A stretch of 64,000 bases of DNA from an uncultured Clostridium sp. Its GTDB lineage: Bacteria; Bacillota; Clostridia; TANB77; CAG-508. Where the stretch lies: positions 955 to 64,954 of the forward strand of contig CATYUF010000001.1 of NCBI GenBank assembly GCA_958413095.1. The letters are read 5' to 3'. The notes under the pieces were generated by a model. It saw only the letters and a program-made list of their open reading frames with translations, searched no databases and had not been told where the DNA came from. Of the stretch, positions 47,497-58,078 are shown in pieces (within the stretch, counting starts at the first letter, position 1; each line of letters starts with the position of its first letter). The position numbers and the translations under genes were made by a program.

Positions 47497-50106
47497 TTAA
47501 ATCCAATCTCCATATTTTTTAATATAAATTTTCTTTGCAAATAATGCAAGTATACAATAGAAGAAAGTAATTACAAAAATCATAACAATATATTTAAATG
47601 CAATAGGAACTAATCCAATTATACTTCCTAAGGTAGTAAATGGAACTATAAGTCCAATAATTATAAGCAATATTGAAGAAAAATACACCATTTTATGAGC
47701 ATTACTTTGGATAAATGGTATTTTAGAAGTTCTAATAATGTGCATGCCTACTAAATTAGAAACTATACTGTAACTAAACCAAACGGTTTGGAAAGTAGCT
47801 GCTTCTCTTATACCAAATATAAACCATAAGCTTGCAAAAATCACTAAATCAAATATTGAACTTATTGGACCCATAAATAGCATAAAGTTTTTTAGACTTT
47901 TTATACTAAAAGTTTTAGGCTTTTTAATAATATCATTATCAACATTATCAAAAGGTAGGGTCATTTGACCAAAATCATAAAGTAAACTTTCTACTAATAA
48001 TTGAATAGGAGTTTCAGGTAAAAATGGTAAAGCAACACTTGCAACAATTACAGATAGAACTTCTCCAAAGTTAAAGCTTGTTGCCATTTTTATATATTTC
48101 ATCAAATTAGCAAAAGTTTTTCTACCTTCAGTAACTCCATCTAATAAGACATTCAAATCTTTTTCAAGAAGAATTATATCAGCAGATTCTTTGGCAATAT
48201 CTACTGCGGTATCAACAGATATACCTACATCAGAATTTGTAAGTGAAGGGCTATCATTTATTCCATCACCCATATAACCAACTACATTTCCAGATTCTTT
48301 TAAAAGTCTAACGATTCTTGCTTTTTGAATAGGAGAAAGTTTAGCAAAGATATTATTTTTCTTTAATAATCTAGAAACTCCTAAATCAGAAAGTTTATCA
48401 ATTTGACTTCCTAAAATAATTTTTCTTGACTTAATTCCAACTCTATCACATACTGATTTAGTTACTTCTGCATTATCTCCTGTTAATACTATTACACGAA
48501 TTCCAGCAGAGTTCATCTTTAAAATAGATTCTTTTGCAGATTCTTTAGGTGGGTCTAAAAATCCTATAAAACCTAGTAAAATCATATTTTTTTCATCTTT
48601 TACATCAAAATCTGAAATATTTGCAATATCATTTTTTTGGCAAACAGCAACTACTCTTAAACCATCACGATTTAATTGTTTTGTTATTTTATTAATGTTT
48701 TCTTTAATTTCTTTTGTTAAAGAAGATACTGTTCCTCTATAATCTACCATTGTGCAGATATTAAGGATTTCTTCGACAGCACCTTTAGTAATTAATTGTT
48801 TTTTATTATTTTTATCTTGAACAACAACAGACAAACGCCTACGAGAGAAGTCAAAAGGAATTTCGTCAACTTTTATATATTGTGTACTTATTTCAGACAT
48901 ATTATGTTCTAAGCCTCTTTTGATAACAGCTTCATCAATATTACCTTTTAGACCTGTTTGGAAATATGCGTTTAAAAATGCATGTTTTAAAACTCTTAAA
49001 TCTTCATCACCATTTATATCTAAATATTTTTCTAAAACAATGTTATCCTCTGTTAAAGTTCCAGTTTTATCAGTACATAATATATTCATTGCTCCAAAAT
49101 TTTGAATTGCATCTAGTTTTTTTACAATAGTTTTTTTCTTAGACATTCTGACAGCACCTTTTGATAAACAAGAAGATAAAATAACTGGTAATAAAAGAGG
49201 TGTGATGGTTATTGCTATTGCAACAGCAAAAGTAAATGCAGTAATGTTATCGTGTTTTTGAAAGTTTAAAAGAAAAACAATAGGTATCATTATTAGCATA
49301 AATCTAATTAATAATTTACTAATACTTTCAATTCCTTTTTGAAAAGCAGTCTTTGGTTTTCCTGATGTGATTGTATGAGCTATTTTTCCAAAATAAGTAG
49401 AATCTCCTATTTTTATAACACATGCTTTAGCACTACCTGAGATTACATTTGTTCCCATAAAGCAGATAGTATCTAGTTCAGATATAGTATCAATTTCATT
49501 ATTAGTTATTTCTGTTTCAGAGGATTTTTTAATAGCATCAGACTCTCCTGTTAAAGAAGATTGTCCAACATATAAATCTTTAGAATCAAGAATTCTTAAA
49601 TCAGCTGGAATCATACTACCAGCAGATAATAAAATTATATCATTTAAAGTTACATTTTTTATTGGAATTTCAATTTCTTTTCCATCTCTCATTACAGTGC
49701 AAGTGGTTGCTACTAATTCTTTAAGATTTTCAGCAGCTTTGTTTGAACGATATTCTTCAAAAAAATCTAAAAATGTACTTGCAGTAATTAAAATTAAAAT
49801 AACAATAATGTTTGCATAGCTTGGAGTTTCTGGTAAATAAATATCTGTGTAACATAGAAGTAATACAATTCCTAGTAAGATAATATTAAATGGGCTAAAT
49901 AAACTGTCAAAAAAGTAGTTATACCATTTTTTTGATTTTGATTGTTTGATTTCATTAAGTCCATATTTACGATTATTTTCTAAAGCTTTAGAAGAAGATA
50001 GACCGTTTAGATTCAAGTTATGCTTTTTTATGAATTCGTCTTTTGAGAGTAAACAATCTTCTCCATATAGTTTTGAAATATTAACTTCATCTTTTGAGTT
50101 TTGCAT
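47497..50106 (-). CDS. mgtA: Mg2+-importing P-type ATPase
   Basis: Phosphorylation site CTDKTGTLT, TGES, and hinge GDGINDSPSL, with MgtA-type topology. Start is ATG 50106 or 50115. Confidence 0.88.
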   Translation of the reverse strand: MQNSKDEVNISKLYGEDCLLSKDEFIKKHNLNLNGLSSSKALENNRKYGLNEIKQSKSKKWYNYFFDSLFSPFNIILLGIVLLLCYTDIYLPETPSYANIIVILILITASTFLDFFEEYRSNKAAENLKELVATTCTVMRDGKEIEIPIKNVTLNDIILLSAGSMIPADLRILDSKDLYVGQSSLTGESDAIKKSSETEITNNEIDTISELDTICFMGTNVISGSAKACVIKIGDSTYFGKIAHTITSGKPKTAFQKGIESISKLLIRFMLIMIPIVFLLNFQKHDNITAFTFAVAIAITITPLLLPVILSSCLSKGAVRMSKKKTIVKKLDAIQNFGAMNILCTDKTGTLTEDNIVLEKYLDINGDEDLRVLKHAFLNAYFQTGLKGNIDEAVIKRGLEHNMSEISTQYIKVDEIPFDFSRRRLSVVVQDKNNKKQLITKGAVEEILNICTMVDYRGTVSSLTKEIKENINKITKQLNRDGLRVVAVCQKNDIANISDFDVKDEKNMILLGFIGFLDPPKESAKESILKMNSAGIRVIVLTGDNAEVTKSVCDRVGIKSRKIILGSQIDKLSDLGVSRLLKKNNIFAKLSPIQKARIVRLLKESGNVVGYMGDGINDSPSLTNSDVGISVDTAVDIAKESADIILLEKDLNVLLDGVTEGRKTFANLMKYIKMATSFNFGEVLSVIVASVALPFLPETPIQLLVESLLYDFGQMTLPFDNVDNDIIKKPKTFSIKSLKNFMLFMGPISSIFDLVIFASLWFIFGIREAATFQTVWFSYSIVSNLVGMHIIRTSKIPFIQSNAHKMVYFSSILLIIIGLIVPFTTLGSIIGLVPIAFKYIVMIFVITFFYCILALFAKKIYIKKYGDWI

Positions 50107-50211
50107 TTTAATCATCTTCCTTTCAAATAATTTATTTAGAAGTTATGAAATCTTACTTATAAAGTATAACCATAATAGAAAAAAATAACAATAAAATATT
50201 AAAAATTAAAT

Positions 50212-50253
50212 AAAAATTATAATTATCAACTATTTCCAGCTTCTCTACAATAA
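50212..50253 (+). repeat. Solo copy of the right end of the 15.4-kb hairpin element
   Basis: AAAAATTATAATTATCAACTATTTCCAGCTTCTCTACAATAA is identical to 15545-15586, including 13 nt beyond the inverted repeat. Confidence 0.7.
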
Positions 50254-50394
50254 TAACAAAAGGTTTAGGAAAAAGGTGTAAAAATCAGAAATATTTGTGT
50301 AAAAAAGAATTTTAATGTGATATAATTAAAACAAAATATAGAAATTATATTATATAAAATATAAATTTAGTAAAAATGAAAGGAACATCCTAAA

Positions 50395-50904
50395 ATGGAA
50401 GTAGAGGAAATAATAGCCAATAACGATAATAAAGAGGAAATGTTAAAAGCAGTAAAGGAAAGTGGTAAAAATTTAGATTTAGTTTCAGAAAGGTTACAAG
50501 ATGATGATGATATAGTAAGAACTGCAATAATACAAGATGGTGAAGCATTGGAATTTGCAAGTGATAGGTTAAAAGATAATAAAGAAATTTTAAAATTAGC
50601 AATAGAAACAGCTCCTTGGACAATTTGTTATGCTTCTGAAAGATTAAGAGCAGATAAAGAAATAATTTTCGAAAGCTGTAAAAAATATGGTCAAGCTCTA
50701 TATTTTGCAAGTGAAGAATTAAGAAATGATAGAGAAGTTGTAAAAGCAGCAGTAGAAAATAAAGGAATAATAATAAAATATGCAAGTAGTAGATTAATAG
50801 ACGACAAAGAATTGGCAGAAATAGCAGTAAAACAGAATAAACAAGCTTATCATTTTATATCAAATAGATTAAAAGAAGACGAGGATATAAAGAGCCTGAT
50901 GTGA
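50395..50904 (+). CDS. DUF4116 repeat protein
   Basis: Five or more units of about 30 aa of the type D.EIV..AV...G.AL.YAS..LK.DKE. Confidence 0.7.
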   Translation: MEVEEIIANNDNKEEMLKAVKESGKNLDLVSERLQDDDDIVRTAIIQDGEALEFASDRLKDNKEILKLAIETAPWTICYASERLRADKEIIFESCKKYGQALYFASEELRNDREVVKAAVENKGIIIKYASSRLIDDKELAEIAVKQNKQAYHFISNRLKEDEDIKSLM

Positions 50905-51099
50905 TTTGAGTTAATAAATAAGTTAGTATTATTAAATATATATACAGATGATAAAAATTATGCAATATATAGTTTTTTACATAATGTAAATGATTTAGTT
51001 CAATAAAAGTAGTAAAGTATAGGTAAAAGTAAAGAGATTATTTAAAAAATTACTTTTACCTATTATATATGAAAAAATATGTTATAAATATAAAAGTAA

Positions 51100-51186
51100 A
51101 GATTTCCTATAAAATAAAAAATATAGGATTTTTTCATATACAACAAGTAAAAGTGACATTAAAAAACTTACGATAGCTTTACTTAT
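51100..51186 (+). repeat. Intergenic repeat family 1, copy D (5'-degenerate)
   Basis: CCTATAAAATAAAAAATATAGGATTTTTTCATATACAACAAGTAAAAGTGACATTAAAAAACTTACGATAGCTTTACTTA. Confidence 0.65.
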
Positions 51187-52193
51187 ATAGTTTCGCTACT
51201 TTTCTTATTTTTATGTAATGATAATTTTCTTTTTAGTAAAATAAAAAATCTTCTAAAATTCAAACGATTAATGCAATAACCTAAAACACAACCTAGAATA
51301 ACTAAGGCAATTCTAATTTCTATAGCTGTATTAGGGTCAAATAACACCATTGAGGAGCTTAAAGAATTTACTGTAATGAAAACCATTTGATATCTATAAT
51401 CCTCAATAAATGTATATATATAATTAAGAATAATAGTAGTAAATGCTACATATTTATCTGGTATTAAGTATTGGAACAATAAAACAAACATTACTGAACC
51501 TACAACAGTGGCAATAATTCTATAAATAAATCTTTTTTGAGTATGGTCAAAATCAATTTGTGTAAGTGACATTACAGACATAGCAATCCACATTGTTTTT
51601 TGAAGACCAACTAAAGAACCTATTAACATTGCTATACTAACACCAACAGCCATTTTACAAGAAAGAATAAATCTTGGAGAAGATATATCAAAATCAGTAA
51701 ATAATTCTCTAAATTTGATATGTTTTTCTTCAGAGTTTCTATGCTTATAATAATATACAGCTGAAACAATTAATCCACCAATAAGAAGACTTAGCATTCT
51801 TGTATAAAAATCTTTTCCTATTGCAACATTGGATTGGTCAAAAATATAGCATAGAATAAATGGCATATATGCTTTATATTCAGGTTTTAAAGAGGGTACA
51901 TACATAATTATAAATATTGCAATTAAATTTACAAAAAAACCTAAAAATGGATTAATAATAGCAATTCTATTAGCAATTCCAGTAAAGACAAACAAAGATA
52001 CAATTATTATTGGAGCTTCCTTTTTATCAATTCCAATATTCATTTTCCAATAGAGCATAATTCCAATTAGAATACATACCCAAGTAAGTGAGTTATTTGA
52101 GCCAAATAATGATGAGAAAATCCCAACAAAAACCATAATACATGCAAGCATAAATAAATTAGATATTGCACTTTTAAAAGTAAATTTTTTCAA
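51183..52193 (-). CDS. Polytopic membrane protein, FUSC/aromatic-acid-exporter-like
   Basis: About ten hydrophobic helices in a 336-aa protein. The family call is tentative. Confidence 0.5.
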   Translation of the reverse strand: MKKFTFKSAISNLFMLACIMVFVGIFSSLFGSNNSLTWVCILIGIMLYWKMNIGIDKKEAPIIIVSLFVFTGIANRIAIINPFLGFFVNLIAIFIIMYVPSLKPEYKAYMPFILCYIFDQSNVAIGKDFYTRMLSLLIGGLIVSAVYYYKHRNSEEKHIKFRELFTDFDISSPRFILSCKMAVGVSIAMLIGSLVGLQKTMWIAMSVMSLTQIDFDHTQKRFIYRIIATVVGSVMFVLLFQYLIPDKYVAFTTIILNYIYTFIEDYRYQMVFITVNSLSSSMVLFDPNTAIEIRIALVILGCVLGYCINRLNFRRFFILLKRKLSLHKNKKSSETI

Positions 52194-52425
52194 ATAAATC
52201 AGTCCTTTCTTAAAATAAAATTACAAATAATAATTGTAACATAAATTATTACAAACCACAATACAAAAATGAGATTTTTTTATTAAATAAAAGTGCTAAA
52301 ATCATTGACAAATAAATAATTATGATATAAAATACAAACAATAGTTCACAAAATATGAAACGAAGAAAAATATGTAGTAATAAAGGTAATAAGAACTAAA
52401 ATTTGTTAGAAAAGGATGTGTTCTT

Positions 52426-53373
52426 ATGAATGAAAAAAAGAATGAAATTATTTTGTTTGAGAATCAAGGGGTGAGGCTAGAAGTTAATTTAAAGGATGAA
52501 ACTGTATGGCTTACACAAGAACAAATGTCAAAATTGTTTACAAAAGCTAAATCTACTATTAATGAACATATAAAGAATATATATAAAGAGGGAGAATTGC
52601 TAGAAATAGAAACAATGACTAAATTCGGAAATTCCGAATTTGCTGATAAACCAACTAATTATTATAATTTGGATATGATTATATCTGTTGGATATCGTGT
52701 AAAATCACAAAATGGTATTTTATTTAGAAAATGGGCCACTAAAATTTTAAAAGACTATATGTTAAAAGGCTATGCAGTAAATCAAAAGAGATTAGAATAC
52801 TTAGAAAAAACAGTCCAACTTATAGATATAGCAAATAGAATAGATGATAGATTAGAAAAAAATGATGCAAAAGGCATATTAAAAGTAATTGGAGAGTATT
52901 CAAAAGCACTAGATTTACTAGATGACTATGACCATAGAACACTAAAGAAAATAGAAGGGAATATAGACGAAAGAAAAATTAAATATAGTGAATGTATAGA
53001 AGTAATAAACAAATTAAGATTTAATGAAGAAAGTTCATTATTTGCAGTAGAAAGAGATAAAGGATTAGAATCAATTATAGGAAATATTTATCAAAGTTTT
53101 GGAGGACAAGATATTTATAAAAGCATTGAAGAAAAAGGAGCGAATTTCTTGTATTTAGTAGTAAAAAATCATGTATTTGCAAATGGAAATAAAAGAATTG
53201 CTGCAACATTATTTATATATTTTTTAAATTTTTACAATATTTTATATAAGAATGGAAAACAAGTTATAGATAATAATACTTTAACAGCATTAACTTTATT
53301 AATAGCAGAATCACATCCTAAAGAAAAAGAAATCATTATAGACTTAGTAATGAACTTTTTAAATAATGATTAA
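52426..53373 (+). CDS. RhuM-family N-terminal domain fused to a Doc/Fic-type C-terminal domain
   Basis: RhuM-like block LFENQGVRLEV...WLTQEQMSKLF...ISVGYRVKSQNGILFRKWATKILKDY. Doc-type motif HVFANGNKRIAA (HxFx[DN][AG]NKR). Confidence 0.75.
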   Translation: MNEKKNEIILFENQGVRLEVNLKDETVWLTQEQMSKLFTKAKSTINEHIKNIYKEGELLEIETMTKFGNSEFADKPTNYYNLDMIISVGYRVKSQNGILFRKWATKILKDYMLKGYAVNQKRLEYLEKTVQLIDIANRIDDRLEKNDAKGILKVIGEYSKALDLLDDYDHRTLKKIEGNIDERKIKYSECIEVINKLRFNEESSLFAVERDKGLESIIGNIYQSFGGQDIYKSIEEKGANFLYLVVKNHVFANGNKRIAATLFIYFLNFYNILYKNGKQVIDNNTLTALTLLIAESHPKEKEIIIDLVMNFLNND

Positions 53374-53691
53374 TATATTTTTTTAAACAATATACTTTTG
53401 TAGTGTAAAATAATTCTATGACAATATTTGTAAATCAATTAAACTTAATACATTTTTTACTAGAAATATTATTAAAATTTATATAAAATGAAAAATTTTT
53501 ATATTCGAATGTGTGTAAAAATACTATGCTAGTAAACAATGTAAGAGAATTATTTTACACTAATACTTTTGGCAAAAATATTGAGAATTAACACTAATTA
53601 TGATATAATTTAAACATTAAAATTAATATTGAATAAAATATAAGTGCAATAAAATAAATTCAAAACACTTATATAGATAGGATGTGAAAAA

Positions 53692-56430
53692 ATGAAAAAC
53701 AAAACAACAATAATATTATCAATTTTTATAATATTAATATTAGCAATGCAATTCATATTACCAATAACAGCAAATGCATATGAATTACAAAAAGTAACAA
53801 GAGAAGAAAGTACAATTGATGTAAATTTAAAAAGAGATGAATCAAATTCAAATATAGTAAACATAACAGCAACAGATACAACCTATGATATTATTGAATT
53901 AAAATATGTTCATAAATACATTGAAATTTCAAATATAGAATATTTTGAACAGAATAATAGTGATGTAAATACTTTTGAAATTATACCATCTAGAAGTATA
54001 CAAGAATCATTTGAATTAGAAGGATATGGTTCATATACAGTATATGCTAAAAACTCAAGAGGAGATAGATTTTTAAGTAGAATTACAATAAATGACCCAG
54101 AAGATGCACCAGATATTACTTTAATAAAAAATGAAGAAAATCCAATGCATTTTACTATTCAAGTTATTAGTAAAAATAATACAATTACAACTCTAAAAAT
54201 TGCCAAAAAGCAAAACATAGATGACAAAATAGATTTTAATACACAAGGGACGGATATAGAATTTATTGAAAGTAACAACGTCAATGTAAAGTATGATAAG
54301 ATAACAGAAGAAGGTCTATATGAAGTATATGCAGCTGATAATAAGGGGAATAAAACATCTGTAGAAATATATTTATCAAAAAGTAATACACCTATTGAAG
54401 CAAGTATTTGGAAAGGTTCTGCTATAAGAGAAGTAGAATTAAAAATTAAAGATTCCTTATGTGATATAGTAAAAGTAAAAGTTGCAAGAAATTCTGAGAT
54501 ATCAGGATTTGAAGATTTTAATACTAAAGGAGAGGAACTACAATTCACAAAAGGAAATAATGTAACTATAAACTATATTGCACCAGAAGACGATACATAT
54601 GTATTTTATATAGAAGATGAAGCTGGCTTTAAGAAAATGCTTACAAAAAGGATAACTGAAAATGAAAAAGCAATGAATATTGATATAAAACAAGATGAGG
54701 CTAATCCTAAAAATGTAAAAATAAAAGCAATAAATGAAGTATGCAAAATAGTAAAATTGAAAGTTGCAATTGGAGAAAATATAGATTTAGAATATTTTAA
54801 GCAAAATGGAGAAGAAATTGAAATAGTTGCAGGAAAAGAAGTTAATGTAGAATATACAGTTAATAAAGATTGTAAGTTAAATGTATATGTGGAAGATGAA
54901 GAAGGATATACATATATGTATTCTAAAAATTTAACTGGAATTGACGAACCACAACCTATAACTCCACCAACAATTGAAGTATCACAAAATAGTGATAACC
55001 CTAAACAAATTGATGTAACAGTAAAAAGTACAGATTCATATATAAGAAAAATAAAATGGGCTAAAAACAGTAGAGATGAAAAGTATTTTGAAAACAATGG
55101 AACACAAATAGGAATAGGGAATGTTGGTAAAATAATTAAAACAGATTTTGTAATAAGTAGTATAGGAGTATATACTATTTATGCAGAAGATAATGAAGGA
55201 AATAAAACTGTAAAAGAAATAAATATAACAAATATAGACGATAAACCAATTCCAGATATTAAACCACCAGAGATAACAGGAGTAGAAAATAATAAAATTT
55301 ATAATAAATCACTTACACCCAAAATAACAGATGAAAATTTAGCAGAAGTTATCGTAAAAAAAGATGATAATGTAGTAGAAAATTATAAAAACGGTGATAC
55401 AATTGAAGAAGATGGAATATATCAACTTATAGCAACAGACAAAGCTGGAAACAAAACAGAAATTAAATTTGGGATAGATAGAACAGCTCCTGAAATTAAC
55501 ATAGAACAAGAAATAAAAGATGAAAAAAATGTAACAGCCAATATAAAGATTATAGATAATTTAGTTAAAATAAAGAAAGCTAAAATTGCAAAGGGAGAAA
55601 AAAATATAGAATATTTTACAGAAAATGGTCAAGAATTGGAAGTTAAAATAGAAAATACAACAGCCTCAAGTGCAATAAACATAACAGATAATGGAATATA
55701 TACTGTTTATGCAGAAGATATATTGGGAAACAAAAGTATAGAAAAATTTGAAGTTACAACTATAAAAGTAGACCCTGAACCTGAGCCAGAAGATAAGATA
55801 CCACCTAAGATTACAGGAGTACAAGATGGTAAAACTTATACAGAAAAGATTTCTCCAAAGGCAGAAGATGAAAATTTGGTAGAGGTTATTTTAAGAAGAA
55901 ATGGAGAAATAGTAAAAAAATATAAAAATGGTGATGTAATAAACAAAAACGGACAATATACATTAACAGCAAAGGATAAGGCAGGAAATACAACAAGTAT
56001 AAGATTTACTATAAATATAAAAGATACAAATAATAACACAAATGGTAATACAAATACCGGAAACAACAATACGAACACGAATAACAATGCAAATACCGGA
56101 AACAATAATACAAACACAAATAACAATACAAATACCGGAAACAATAATACAAACACAAATAACAATACGAATACCGGAAACAATAATACAAACACGAATA
56201 ACAATATAAATACAGGAAATAATAACAATAATAAAAACAACATAAATGGTAGTGGGAATAAAATAAACAACAATAAAGAAAATAATTTACAAGCTGGAGA
56301 CAAGAATGAATCAAAAAATATTCTACCATATGCAGGTAATACAGGATTTTTTATAATTGGAATTATTGTGGCTAGTATAGTATCAATATTTAGTTATTTT
56401 AAATATAAGAAATATAATAAAATAAAATAG
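53692..56430 (+). CDS. Cell-surface repeat protein with an LPXTG-like (LPYAG) sorting signal
   Basis: Signal peptide. Five units of about 95 aa (..KIAKG.NIEYF..NG.ELE....YTVYAED..GN). Two Ig-like PP(E/K)ITGV...DKAGN modules. An Asn/Thr-rich spacer. LPYAGNTG followed by a TM helix and a KYKKYNKIK tail. Confidence 0.8.
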   Translation: MKNKTTIILSIFIILILAMQFILPITANAYELQKVTREESTIDVNLKRDESNSNIVNITATDTTYDIIELKYVHKYIEISNIEYFEQNNSDVNTFEIIPSRSIQESFELEGYGSYTVYAKNSRGDRFLSRITINDPEDAPDITLIKNEENPMHFTIQVISKNNTITTLKIAKKQNIDDKIDFNTQGTDIEFIESNNVNVKYDKITEEGLYEVYAADNKGNKTSVEIYLSKSNTPIEASIWKGSAIREVELKIKDSLCDIVKVKVARNSEISGFEDFNTKGEELQFTKGNNVTINYIAPEDDTYVFYIEDEAGFKKMLTKRITENEKAMNIDIKQDEANPKNVKIKAINEVCKIVKLKVAIGENIDLEYFKQNGEEIEIVAGKEVNVEYTVNKDCKLNVYVEDEEGYTYMYSKNLTGIDEPQPITPPTIEVSQNSDNPKQIDVTVKSTDSYIRKIKWAKNSRDEKYFENNGTQIGIGNVGKIIKTDFVISSIGVYTIYAEDNEGNKTVKEINITNIDDKPIPDIKPPEITGVENNKIYNKSLTPKITDENLAEVIVKKDDNVVENYKNGDTIEEDGIYQLIATDKAGNKTEIKFGIDRTAPEINIEQEIKDEKNVTANIKIIDNLVKIKKAKIAKGEKNIEYFTENGQELEVKIENTTASSAINITDNGIYTVYAEDILGNKSIEKFEVTTIKVDPEPEPEDKIPPKITGVQDGKTYTEKISPKAEDENLVEVILRRNGEIVKKYKNGDVINKNGQYTLTAKDKAGNTTSIRFTINIKDTNNNTNGNTNTGNNNTNTNNNANTGNNNTNTNNNTNTGNNNTNTNNNTNTGNNNTNTNNNINTGNNNNNKNNINGSGNKINNNKENNLQAGDKNESKNILPYAGNTGFFIIGIIVASIVSIFSYFKYKKYNKIK
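56036..56230 (+). repeat. 39-bp in-frame tandem repeat (about 4.5 copies) encoding NTGNNNTNTNNN(A/T/I)
   Basis: AATACCGGAAACAA recurs with a 39-nt period starting at 56053 and 56092. Confidence 0.8.
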
Positions 56431-56458
56431 AAATTTGATAGTTATTGAAATTTTAAGT

Positions 56459-56510
56459 GCACCTATGAAAAATTAGAAAAGCCTAATTTTATGAGGTGCA
56501 TTTTTATTTT
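56459..56510 (+). terminator. Terminator after the surface protein gene
   Basis: Imperfect stem GCACCTATGAAAAATTAG / CCTAATTTTATGAGGTGC followed by ATTTTTATTTT. Confidence 0.55.
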
Positions 56511-56626
56511 AAAAAAACTGAAAATTATAGGAAAAAACTATTATTTTTTTGGATTTTGTGATATAAGATAATTATAAATTAAAAGTAAGATAAATTTTTC
56601 AATGTAAAGGAGGGACAAAATAAATA

Positions 56627-57229
56627 ATGAAAAATTTTAACTCAAGTAAAATAATATCAAATTTAGTAAGAATATCAATAATTATAATAGCTATTTTTCT
56701 AATAATAAATAAACAATATGAAAACTTAGGAATACTAGCAATTACAATGTTATTAACATTTTATGATGTTCTAGTTGAAAAATTATTAAAAATAAAATTA
56801 GATAACAAATTAAAAAACTCAATAACATTATTTATTTTTGGAGCACAATGTTTAGGTAGTGTATTAGATTTTTACGGAAAATTTTTGTGGTGGGACACAA
56901 TGTTACATACTATATCAGGAGTTATATTCTATTTTGTAGGTACAACAATAATAGAACAAATGAGTAAAAAATATGGTAACCAAAATATTAATAAAATGAT
57001 AGTAATATCATTCGGAATTTGTTTTGCCTTAGCTTCAGGAGTTGTATGGGAAGTATTTGAATATGGAGTAGATACATTCTTAGGACAAAATATGCAAATA
57101 ACAGAAGGATTAATAGGTAGAGAAGCAATAAAAGATACTATGATTGACTTAATTTCAGTAACAGGTGGAACAATAGTGATATCAATTTTAGATAGTTTTT
57201 TAAGAAAAAGAAAAGAAGAAAAGGAATAA
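56627..57229 (+). CDS. Integral membrane protein, paralog 1 (200 aa)
   Basis: Shares the WWDTMLHTISG and VWEVFEYGVD motifs with the next gene. Confidence 0.65.
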   Translation: MKNFNSSKIISNLVRISIIIIAIFLIINKQYENLGILAITMLLTFYDVLVEKLLKIKLDNKLKNSITLFIFGAQCLGSVLDFYGKFLWWDTMLHTISGVIFYFVGTTIIEQMSKKYGNQNINKMIVISFGICFALASGVVWEVFEYGVDTFLGQNMQITEGLIGREAIKDTMIDLISVTGGTIVISILDSFLRKRKEEKE

Positions 57230-57232
57230 AAT

Positions 57233-58036
57233 ATGAAGAAAAATAAAGTAAAAAAATATAGAAAAAGAGATTTGACAGTATATATTGTACTAAGACTATT
57301 GGTAATACTTACAATAGTTATTCAAGCTATTAGAGGGAATTTTGAAAATGTATTTTTATGTGTTTTAACTTTAATACTATTTACAATACCATCTATTATA
57401 GATAAAAAATTAAATATAAAATTACCAAATGCATTAGAAGTAATAATACTATTGTTTATATTTTCAGCAGAGATATTAGGAGAAATACAAAACTTTTATG
57501 GTATATTCAAATTTTGGGATACGATGTTACACACTATAAATGGATTTTTATGTGCAGCAATAGGATTTTCAATGATTGATATTTTAAACAGAAGTCCTAA
57601 ATTTCATTTAAAAATGTCACCACTATTTGTAGCATTAGTAGCATTTTGTTTTTCAATGACAATAGGAATATTATGGGAGTTCTTTGAATATGGTTCAGAT
57701 GTATTTTTCAAAACTGATATGCAAAAAGACAGGATAACTTCTTCAATAGCATCTGTAGAAATTAATGAATCAAGAAAAAATATACCAATAAAAATAAATA
57801 ATATTGAAAAAGAAGTAATAAGCTACTATGAAAATGGAGAATTAAAACAAAGAGTAATAGAAGGAGGACATTTAGATATAGGTTTAAAAGATACAATGAA
57901 AGATTTATTTGTAAATTTCATTGGTGCAGTAGTATTTTCAATAATAGGATTATTGTATATTAAAAATAGAGATGAATACAAATTTGCTGAGAATTTTATA
58001 CCAACAATGAAGATTGAAGAAGAAAAAGTAGAGTAA
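57233..58036 (+). CDS. Integral membrane protein, paralog 2 (267 aa), with an extra loop domain of about 60 aa
   Basis: FWDTMLHTINGF and LWEFFEYGSD, with the insert KTDMQKDRITSS...GGHLDIGLKD. Confidence 0.65.
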   Translation: MKKNKVKKYRKRDLTVYIVLRLLVILTIVIQAIRGNFENVFLCVLTLILFTIPSIIDKKLNIKLPNALEVIILLFIFSAEILGEIQNFYGIFKFWDTMLHTINGFLCAAIGFSMIDILNRSPKFHLKMSPLFVALVAFCFSMTIGILWEFFEYGSDVFFKTDMQKDRITSSIASVEINESRKNIPIKINNIEKEVISYYENGELKQRVIEGGHLDIGLKDTMKDLFVNFIGAVVFSIIGLLYIKNRDEYKFAENFIPTMKIEEEKVE

Positions 58037-58078
58037 AGTTTTATATAAAACTAATTAAACTTAAAAAATATAAATTCG

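Noticed and set aside
50116-50394. M-box (Mg2+) riboswitch upstream of mgtA.
   Set aside because: No GC-rich conserved M-box core is visible. The region instead contains the solo MITE end and AT-rich spacer.
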